A stretch of 24,000 bases of DNA from an uncultured bacterium (GTDB lineage Bacteria; UBP6; UBA1177; JAKLFG01), in assembly GCA_937871295.1 (NCBI GenBank), contig CALMRE010000151.1, positions 25,754-49,753 on the forward strand. Reading direction: 5' to 3'. The notes below the pieces were generated by a model. That model was not told the DNA's origin. It was given only the letters and a program-made list of their open reading frames with translations, and ran no database searches. Made by a program: the position numbers and the translations under genes. Position 1 is the stretch's first letter. Each line of letters opens with the position of its first letter. Below, one piece after another: positions 17,507 through 24,000 of this stretch.

Positions 17507-18736
17507 CTATGTTCTGCTTTTTTCCGTTGAAAGACCGAGCCACGGGATGAAAACGAAGGCGGGTACCGCGGCGAGGAAACTGACAAGGAACATCACCGGA
17601 TAGCCGTGATCCTTGACGATGAAGCCCGAAACGGCCCCCGCGAACACCCCCGACAGCCCCATCAGCCCCGAACCGATGGCGTAGTGGGCCGATTTATAGC
17701 GTTCGTGACACAACTGCATGAGAAAGACGATGAGCAGCGCGTTGCCCATGCCCGACGAGAGATTCTCGATGCCGTTGACCGTCGCGGCGGTCGCCACGCG
17801 GACCAGTTCCGGTCTGGCGCCGCCGTCCAGCCAGAGCGCCAGCGCCGAATAGAGCAGGTTGGTGGCGTTCTGGAACAGCACCAGCGGCCATATGGCGCGC
17901 CGCAGACCGAGCCGCGCAATGATCCAGCCGCCGAACAAGGCTCCGGCGATGGTCGCGGGAAGTCCGACGAACGACGATATCCAGCCGTAGTGATTCTTGA
18001 TCCCGATCGACACGAAGAAGGGGCCGACCATCGTGTGGAGCATGTACTCGCCGGTCCGCAGAAAGATGATGAAGAAAAGAATGGCGACGATATGCTCCCG
18101 CTGCAGGTAGGTGGTGAAGGCCTCCAGATAGGAGACGCGCGCCGCCGCGACCTCGTCGCGGGGCGGCGGTACCGGCAGGAAAAAAAGATGGTAGCAGAAG
18201 AACAGCGCCGATATGACCGCGGCCAGCAGAAAGGCGGCGGGCCAACTCCACAAAGCGCCCACCGTCGCCACGATGCCGGTGCCGGTCATCATCGCGATGC
18301 GGTAGGCGAGCACCCGGAGTCCCACCCAGCGCGCCTGTTCCGCGGCGGCGAGCGTCTCCATGTAGTACCCGTCGGTGGCGATATCGTTGGTGGCGGCGAA
18401 GATCGAGCCGAGGAAGAACAGGCCGAACATCACCGGGATCAGCCCGGGAAAGGGAGAACAGAGGGCGAGCGCGGCGGCGATCAGCATCAGCAGCGCCTGC
18501 ATCGCCAGCATCCACCGCCTCTTGGAAAAGTAGCGGTCGACAAACGGGCTCCAGAGGAATTTGAAGGTCCACGGCAGGCCGAAAAAGGAGGTGAGTCCGA
18601 TCAGTTCGACCCCCACCTGCATCGTCGCGAGATAGAAGTTGGAAATGACGCGGATGACGGTATAGGGGAACCCTTCGCAGAAGTTGGCGGTGAAGACCCA
18701 TACGGCGTTGTGCCGGAGATACCGTTTCAGTCGCAT
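17507..18736 (-). CDS. ampG: MFS permease, AmpG (muropeptide permease)-like family
   Basis: Multi-TM hydrophobic protein. The N-terminal region MRLKRYLRHNAVWVF..FPYTVIRV..IGLTSFFGLPWTFKFLWSPFVDRYFSKRRWMLAMQ carries the FKFLWSP..DRY..RR.W motif characteristic of AmpG-type MFS proteins. I place the start at ATG 18736 (SD GGAGGAG, rc of 18739-18745). The track start at 18808 is a TTG without an SD, and it adds a hydrophobic segment not expected from the AmpG N-terminus. Confidence 0.75.
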   Translation of the reverse strand: MRLKRYLRHNAVWVFTANFCEGFPYTVIRVISNFYLATMQVGVELIGLTSFFGLPWTFKFLWSPFVDRYFSKRRWMLAMQALLMLIAAALALCSPFPGLIPVMFGLFFLGSIFAATNDIATDGYYMETLAAAEQARWVGLRVLAYRIAMMTGTGIVATVGALWSWPAAFLLAAVISALFFCYHLFFLPVPPPRDEVAAARVSYLEAFTTYLQREHIVAILFFIIFLRTGEYMLHTMVGPFFVSIGIKNHYGWISSFVGLPATIAGALFGGWIIARLGLRRAIWPLVLFQNATNLLYSALALWLDGGARPELVRVATAATVNGIENLSSGMGNALLIVFLMQLCHERYKSAHYAIGSGLMGLSGVFAGAVSGFIVKDHGYPVMFLVSFLAAVPAFVFIPWLGLSTEKSRT

Positions 18737-18836
18737 CGCTCCTCCGTCGATCGCCGCGACTATCGCAGGAACCGCGACGATTTGCAAGAAAAGAGCGAAC
18801 GGGAACAACCCGATGCCGCGACGGCGTAAATTCTTG

Positions 18837-18866
18837 TTGATAATTTATCCTTTTTAGTGATACTAT
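18837..18866 (+). promoter_or_regulatory. Putative extended -10 promoter for the Kazal-like lipoprotein gene (TTGATA-18 nt-TGaTACTAT)
   Basis: -35 TTGATA at 18837-18842, an 18-nt spacer, TG at 18858-18859 and -10 TACTAT at 18861-18866. It lies in the AT-rich divergent intergenic region. SD AGGGGAG (18886-18892) sits 7 nt before ATG 18900. This is a sequence match only. Confidence 0.4.
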
Positions 18867-18899
18867 ACCGCCAGACGGACCATCTAGGGGAGATCCTTC

Positions 18900-20216
18900 A
18901 TGAGAACAGCGCCGTTACTTGCATTTTTTTCCGCCCTTCTGCTGACGCTCGCCGCCTGCGAGAACTCCACCTTCTCGAAACCGGTCGACGACGACACCGC
19001 GGCCGGCGACAGCGACACGACGGCGGACAATACGACCGTCACCGATGTCGATGAGCCGACCGGCGACACCGCCGTCCCCGACGGCACGGAGGATATCGAC
19101 ACGGCGCGGCCCGACGACGACACCATCGAGGCGGTCTGCGTCGAACACGGGGACTGTTCCGACGGGATGTACTGCGAACGCGGCAACGGTTTCTGCGAAG
19201 GGCCCGGCGTCTGCGCCTTCATGCCGGAAAATTGCGACGAGAACTATGATCCGGTCTGCGGCTGCGACGGAGCGACCTTCCCCAACGCCTGCGCCGCCTT
19301 CGCGGCGGGCTCCAACATCCGCCACGACGGGCCCTGCGGATCCCTGATACCCTGCACCGCCGACAAACAGTGCACCGAGACCGAATTCTGCGCCAAACCG
19401 TTCGGCGCCTGCGCCGGAGAGACGCAGGGCGCCTGCGACCTCAAGCCGGTCGACTGCGATATCAGCGGCGAAAGCGCGCTGGTCTGCGGTTGCGACGGAA
19501 CGACTTACCTCCATCCCTGTCTCGCCTACGCCGTCGGCGTCAATGTCGACCGCGAGGGGGCCTGCGAGGGCGAGGATGTCTGCATGACCAACGACACCTG
19601 CGCCGAAACGGAATTCTGCCGGAAGGCCGAAGGGGTCTGCGGCAACTATACCGGCCTGTGCGAACCGCGCCCCGAAGCCTGCCCGATGGCCTTCGGCATG
19701 GAGATCTGCGGCTGTGACGGCAACACCTACATCGACGAATGCAACGCCCACGCGGTCGGGATGAACGTCGCCTTCAGCGGCGCCTGCGAGGATGCCATCC
19801 CGCGCTCCTATCTTTCCTACAGTTATCGCGCCGACGGCTCGCCGCAGGTGACGGCCCATATCTTCATGGCGCTCGAGATCGGCGAGACGCTTTCCTATTC
19901 CGAAGCATCCACCGTCGAGAAGGTGAACGGGATCGCCGACATAGTCCTGCGGGTGACCTACGGGAACTTCTCGGCCCCCGCGCCGGGACAGGAGAACATC
20001 ATCGTGCAACTCTCCCTGCCGCGCACCGCCAATGTTCCCTACGCCGTGAACATCGACGGCGGAGAGAACTATGTCCGATGGCTCGATGCGATGGGCAACA
20101 CCAAAGGCGAACTGGTAGGCGTGGTGACCATCACCGCCTACGACAACGACGACAATTTTCCCGATTATACGGTGATGACGCTCGATTTCTTCGGGGAACA
20201 ACTCGTCCCGAAATAG
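18900..20216 (+). CDS. Lipoprotein with three Cys-rich modules, each ending in a Kazal-like serine-protease-inhibitor motif, plus a C-terminal domain of unknown function
   Basis: Signal peptide MRTAPLLAFFSALLLTLAAC has a canonical lipobox LAAC (Cys20). An acidic D/T linker runs to aa 79. Three modules follow: C80-C146, C152-C222 and C228-C296 (nt 19137-19787). Each has a C-x5-C-x5-C-x6-C-x5-C lead-in and a Kazal-like core: CDENYDPVCGCDGATFPNACAAFAAGSNIRHDGPC, CDISGESALVCGCDGTTYLHPCLAYAVGVNVDREGAC, CPMAFGMEICGCDGNTYIDECNAHAVGMNVAFSGAC. The last ~140 aa are Cys-free. Confidence 0.88.
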   Translation: MRTAPLLAFFSALLLTLAACENSTFSKPVDDDTAAGDSDTTADNTTVTDVDEPTGDTAVPDGTEDIDTARPDDDTIEAVCVEHGDCSDGMYCERGNGFCEGPGVCAFMPENCDENYDPVCGCDGATFPNACAAFAAGSNIRHDGPCGSLIPCTADKQCTETEFCAKPFGACAGETQGACDLKPVDCDISGESALVCGCDGTTYLHPCLAYAVGVNVDREGACEGEDVCMTNDTCAETEFCRKAEGVCGNYTGLCEPRPEACPMAFGMEICGCDGNTYIDECNAHAVGMNVAFSGACEDAIPRSYLSYSYRADGSPQVTAHIFMALEIGETLSYSEASTVEKVNGIADIVLRVTYGNFSAPAPGQENIIVQLSLPRTANVPYAVNIDGGENYVRWLDAMGNTKGELVGVVTITAYDNDDNFPDYTVMTLDFFGEQLVPK

Positions 20217-20219
20217 TGA

Positions 20220-21089
20220 TCAGATCAGCCGGTAGCCTTTCAGCACTTCGATAAGTTTCGCGCGGTTCTGCGGCTCCATCGTGGCAAGCGGCAGGCGCAG
20301 TATCTCTTCGCAGTAGCCCATCAGATGGAGCGCCGTCTTGGCCGGGATGGGATTCGATTCGACGAACAGGACGCGGTTGAGCGCGTTGAGCCGCACCTGC
20401 AATTCGGCCGCCTTTTTACTGTCGCCCGCGAGCGCCGCTGCGGTCAGTTGCACCGTTTCGGCGGGCGCGACGTTCGACAGCACCGATATCACCCCGACGC
20501 CGCCGAGCGCGACGAAGGGCGTTATGGTGAAGTCGTCGCCCGAAAGCATCGCGAAGCGCCCCGACCCGACCTGTTCCAGATAGTCGGCCAGTTGCGCCAT
20601 GTTGCCGCTCGCCTCCTTGACCGCCGTTATCTGCGGGATGGCGGCGAGTTCCTTGAGCCACGCCGCCGGCAGGTTGAGCCCGGTCCGGCCCGGCACGTTA
20701 TAGAGCACGATCTGCGCGCCGGTCGCGGCTATCGCGCCGTAGTGCGCCATGAGACCGCGGCAGGTCGGCTTATTGTAGTACGGAGTGACGACCAGCACCT
20801 GCGTATAGCCGAGTTCCAGCGCCATCCCGGTCAACTTCACCGACTCGGCGGTGTTGTTGGTGCCGGTCCCGGCGATGAGTTCGAGTCCCGCCGCCTCTTT
20901 CTTCACGAAGGCGTAAAGTTCTTTCTTCTCGTCGAACGAGAGCGTCGCCGCCTCGCCGGTGGTACCGCCCACGACGATACCGGCCACGCCCCCCTTTTTC
21001 TGGAACGCGATGAGCCGCGCCAGTGCCGCATAGTCAACCGCGCCGCGATCGGTGAACGGCGTCACTATAGCCGTGTAAACTCCCTTCAT
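20220..21089 (-). CDS. dapA: 4-hydroxy-tetrahydrodipicolinate synthase
   Basis: MKGVYTAIVTPF.., GGTTGEAATLS, LYNVPGRTG and ITAVKEASGN (Schiff-base Lys context) are classic DapA motifs. The 289 aa length fits. SD AGGAGG overlaps the rel stop (TAGGAGGCGAGGATG). Confidence 0.95.
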   Translation of the reverse strand: MKGVYTAIVTPFTDRGAVDYAALARLIAFQKKGGVAGIVVGGTTGEAATLSFDEKKELYAFVKKEAAGLELIAGTGTNNTAESVKLTGMALELGYTQVLVVTPYYNKPTCRGLMAHYGAIAATGAQIVLYNVPGRTGLNLPAAWLKELAAIPQITAVKEASGNMAQLADYLEQVGSGRFAMLSGDDFTITPFVALGGVGVISVLSNVAPAETVQLTAAALAGDSKKAAELQVRLNALNRVLFVESNPIPAKTALHLMGYCEEILRLPLATMEPQNRAKLIEVLKGYRLI

Positions 21090-21098
21090 CCTCGCCTC

Positions 21099-23402
21099 CT
21101 AGATGCGTGAAACACTGCTTATGTCGTAGGACAGTATCGACTTCTTGTTCTTCATCTCCTGACTGACCCGTTCGATCTGCCGGATGTCGGTCCCCTTGAA
21201 GGAAAGATAGACATGTCCGGTCTTTTCGGTGGCGTCGCGCGGATCGAGATGCAGGCTCTCGATGTTGAGTTCGGCGCTCGATACCTCCTGCAGCACATCG
21301 AGGAGCGCGCCCGGAGTATTCTTTATCTCGATGATGAGCTCGACCTTATAGAGGGCGAAGTTGAACCAGTAGACCCCCTTCTCGACCCGTTCGCTATTGA
21401 TGCGATGGAGCGTCGGACAGCCGCTCTTATGAATAATGTAGCCGCGCGTCGGCGATATGTAGGCGACGATCGGATCGCCCTCTTCGGGGCCGCAGCATTT
21501 GGCGGCGCCGTAGTCCTTCACCTCGCCCACCCCGCGGATGTAGACCGACTTCGAGCCGGGCAGCACCTCGATGGTGTCGCGCTTGACGCGCCGCTCCGGA
21601 AAGAGCATGCCGACCTTGCGCGGCAGTTCTTTGATGAGTTTCTCCACCTCTTCGTCGGAGAAGAGATTCTTCAACACCACCCGCAGTTTGAATTCGCCGG
21701 TCGCCAGTTTGTAGAACAGCACCTGCAGGCGCTGTTCCTTGGGTAAGGAATATTTGTCGGCGATCTCGGAAAAACCGTCGAGCGTTTCAAGACGGTTGAA
21801 ATCCTGCGCGCGGCCGGCCTTTTCGAAGAGTTGCTTTACCGTGTCGCGCCCCGCCTCGACAAGCTGTTCGCGCTCCTGCTGGGTCAGGTGGCGGCGGATG
21901 TAGGTCTTCGCCTTGTGGGTCACCACGAAGGTGAGCCAGTCATGGCGCGGGAACTGTTTTTTCGAGGTCTCTATCGCCACTTCGTCCTTGTTGCCGAGAC
22001 GGTAGTAGATAGGGACCTTGCGGCCGTTGACCGTCCCGCCGACGCAGGTATCGCCCAGCTCGCCGTGAATGGAGTAGGCGAAGTCGAGCACCGTCGCCCC
22101 CTCGGGCAGCGTTTTTAATTCTCCCTTCGGGGTGAAGACCGATATCTTCTCGAGCGGTATGGCCGATTCGATATCGTGGACGAAGTCGAGCGGATTGGAC
22201 AGGTCGGGCAGTTCCCCGAGCACCTGCTGAAGCCACTGCATCGCCTTGTCCTTGTTGGATATCTCGTGTTTGTAGGCCCAGTGCGAGGCGTTCCCCTCCT
22301 CGGCGATGCGATGCATTTCGCGGGTCCTTATCTGCACCTCCATCGAGTATTCGTGATAGCGCACCACCGTGTGGATCGACTGGTAGTCGTTGGGTTTGGG
22401 CCGCGCGATATAGTCCTTGAAGCGGTCGTTCATGACGGTGAAATCGGCGCAGGAATGTATCGCCGCCATGACCAGATAGCAATCGTCGCGGCTCGGGGAG
22501 TCGAGGATGACGCGGATACCGATGATATCGTGCAGGGAACCGATCGACTTACTCTGTTTGATGGTCTTGTTGTAGATGCTCGGGTAGGACTTGATGCGGC
22601 CATAGATGCGGTCTATCCGGCCCGCGACCGTCGGGCAGTTGCTCTCTATCGCGCCGCGCACCTTTTTCTGCAGGGTATCGAGCACCGCCGCCGGATCGTT
22701 CCGGAACCGTTCGGTGATGTAGCGGTCCACCTCCTCCCAACGGTCGCGGTGGAGGTAGTAGAAACTGAGCGCCTCGAGCTCCTCTTTCATCCAGTAGACG
22801 CCGAGTCGGTGGGCGAGCGGCGTATAGAGCCGCAGGGTTTCTCCCGCGATCCGCTCCTGCTGTTCCTGCGACATCGATTCGATGGTCATCATATTGTGCA
22901 GGCGGTCCGCGAGTTTGATGAAGATGACCCAGATGCCGTTGCGCGCCGCGTAGGTGATGAGTTTCTGGAAGGCGTGGGCCTGCTTCTCCTCCCTGCCGAG
23001 CGTGAGCCCCGACAGTTTGGTGACGCCGTCGACGAGGTTCGACACCTTGTCGCCGAAGAGTTGTTCTATCTCGGCGAGCGTCGTAGTGGTGTCCTCGACG
23101 GTGTCGTGCAGGAGTCCCGCAACGACGCATTCGAGACTCATCTTCATCTTGGCCAGCACATAGGCGATGGCGTAGGGATGGGTGATGTAGGGTTCGCCGC
23201 TCTTGCGGACGATACCGTCGTGGGCCGATGTCGCGAGCACTATCGCGATGTTCAACTGTTCGCGCGCCGCCGCCTTTTCTTCATCGGTGAACTGCGGATG
23301 CGCCTCGAGGTGCGCCTTGATGATGTCGTTGGGGCGGATGATCCGCAGGATGTCCATATGGGGTTTGCGTTTGACGATGTCCTGAAAACGTTTTGCGTCC
23401 AT
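21099..23402 (-). CDS. rel: Bifunctional (p)ppGpp synthetase / ppGpp pyrophosphohydrolase (long RelA/SpoT homolog)
   Basis: 767 aa. HD hydrolase motifs (SGEPYITHP, HDTVEDT, DRLHNM). Synthetase motifs (YGRIKSYPSIYNK, DIIGIRVIL, YQSIHTVV, EVQIRTREMH). TGS region (VFTPKGELKTLPEGATVLDFAYSIH). ACT-like C-terminus (IEIKNTPGALLDVLQEV). ATG 23402-23400 overlaps the gmk stop by 1 nt (TGATG). Confidence 0.95.
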   Translation of the reverse strand: MDAKRFQDIVKRKPHMDILRIIRPNDIIKAHLEAHPQFTDEEKAAAREQLNIAIVLATSAHDGIVRKSGEPYITHPYAIAYVLAKMKMSLECVVAGLLHDTVEDTTTTLAEIEQLFGDKVSNLVDGVTKLSGLTLGREEKQAHAFQKLITYAARNGIWVIFIKLADRLHNMMTIESMSQEQQERIAGETLRLYTPLAHRLGVYWMKEELEALSFYYLHRDRWEEVDRYITERFRNDPAAVLDTLQKKVRGAIESNCPTVAGRIDRIYGRIKSYPSIYNKTIKQSKSIGSLHDIIGIRVILDSPSRDDCYLVMAAIHSCADFTVMNDRFKDYIARPKPNDYQSIHTVVRYHEYSMEVQIRTREMHRIAEEGNASHWAYKHEISNKDKAMQWLQQVLGELPDLSNPLDFVHDIESAIPLEKISVFTPKGELKTLPEGATVLDFAYSIHGELGDTCVGGTVNGRKVPIYYRLGNKDEVAIETSKKQFPRHDWLTFVVTHKAKTYIRRHLTQQEREQLVEAGRDTVKQLFEKAGRAQDFNRLETLDGFSEIADKYSLPKEQRLQVLFYKLATGEFKLRVVLKNLFSDEEVEKLIKELPRKVGMLFPERRVKRDTIEVLPGSKSVYIRGVGEVKDYGAAKCCGPEEGDPIVAYISPTRGYIIHKSGCPTLHRINSERVEKGVYWFNFALYKVELIIEIKNTPGALLDVLQEVSSAELNIESLHLDPRDATEKTGHVYLSFKGTDIRQIERVSQEMKNKKSILSYDISSVSRI

Positions 23403-23998
23403 CAGGAGATCATATTCTCGATTATTTCGGCATTCCAGCGTTTCGAGCAGTGTATCTCGGCCGAAAGTATGGAGCCCAGCAGCGCCGCGGCGTGTTCGAG
23501 TTCATCGTTGACCACCACATAGTCGTAGTGGACATAGCGCCGTATCTCGGTGCGCGCCTCATCGAGACGCCGTTCAATGGCGGCGTTGTCGTCAAGCGCC
23601 CGGCCGGTCAGCCGTTGCTTGAGCGCCATGATGGAGGGGGGCAGGACGAAGATGAGCACCGCGTCGTCGGGAAGCAGGTCCTTGACCGCGAGCGCCCCCT
23701 GTACGTCGAGCGAACAGATGACATAGTTGCCGGCGGCTACCCGTCGGACGATGCCCTCCTTGGGCGTTCCGTAGCGATGGCCGTAGACCTCGGCCCATTC
23801 GAAGAAGTAGTCGCCGTCGATGCGGCTCTGGAACTCTTCGTCGGTCAGGAAGAAGTAGTCGCGACCGTTCTTTTCGCCGGTGCGGGGGCGGCGGGTGGTG
23901 CAGGAGACCGATTGTTCGAGGAAGGGGAAACGGGAGCGGACGGCGTTGATGAGGGTCGTTTTGCCGGTCCCCGACGGGGCCGATATCACGAAAACCAT
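23402..23998 (-). CDS. gmk: Guanylate kinase
   Basis: P-loop SAPSGTGKTT, TTRRPRTGEKNGRDYFF and EWAEVYGHRYGT match guanylate kinase. ATG 23998 is only 2 nt from the window edge and the N-terminus is slightly short for the family. The true start could therefore lie upstream, outside the window. Confidence 0.88.
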   Translation of the reverse strand: MVFVISAPSGTGKTTLINAVRSRFPFLEQSVSCTTRRPRTGEKNGRDYFFLTDEEFQSRIDGDYFFEWAEVYGHRYGTPKEGIVRRVAAGNYVICSLDVQGALAVKDLLPDDAVLIFVLPPSIMALKQRLTGRALDDNAAIERRLDEARTEIRRYVHYDYVVVNDELEHAAALLGSILSAEIHCSKRWNAEIIENMIS

Positions 23999-24000
23999 GC

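Noticed and set aside
17497-17586. TTG-initiated extensions of the small membrane protein (to 17586) and of the MFS gene (18737-18808).
   Set aside because: Both track starts are TTG codons without an SD. The internal ATGs at 17496 and 18736 have AGGAG/GGAGGAG sites. The first extension would overlap the upstream gene. The second adds a segment not matching the AmpG-type N-terminus.

Overview
GC-rich bacterial chromosomal fragment with strong G/C preference at third codon positions. All real genes have Shine-Dalgarno sites. Every long opposite-strand ORF in the track is a codon-aligned antisense shadow. Bases 1-16.9 kb (about 70% of the window) hold four tandem, co-oriented minus-strand paralogous giant lipoproteins, here called A (partial, missing from the ORF track), B (1190 aa), C (2171 aa) and D (1901 aa). 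They share one architecture: lipobox signal peptide, 130-160 aa acidic tether, a conserved domain of about 19 Cys, a variable array (6, 18 and 17 copies) of CxGxD[DN][DN]C..D[DE] putative metal-binding (MopE-type, LDL-A-like) repeats, a DUF1565/pectin-lyase-like beta-helix region, and an extremely Gly-rich tail with (GGX)8 tracts and poly-Gly. No catalytic domain is recognisable, and I regard this row as the candidate undescribed cell-surface system. Upstream on the same strand lie an AmpG-like MFS permease and a small single-pass membrane protein. Divergent from these is a lipoprotein with three Kazal-like inhibitor modules. The right end is housekeeping: gmk, a long bifunctional rel/spoT and dapA. 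I recognised no tRNA, rRNA, CRISPR, transposase or integrase. Taxon cannot be fixed from sequence alone. The motif families (MopE-type repeat, Myxococcus-type Cys-rich repeat, NBR1-like Ig domain) are typical of Myxococcota-like lineages.
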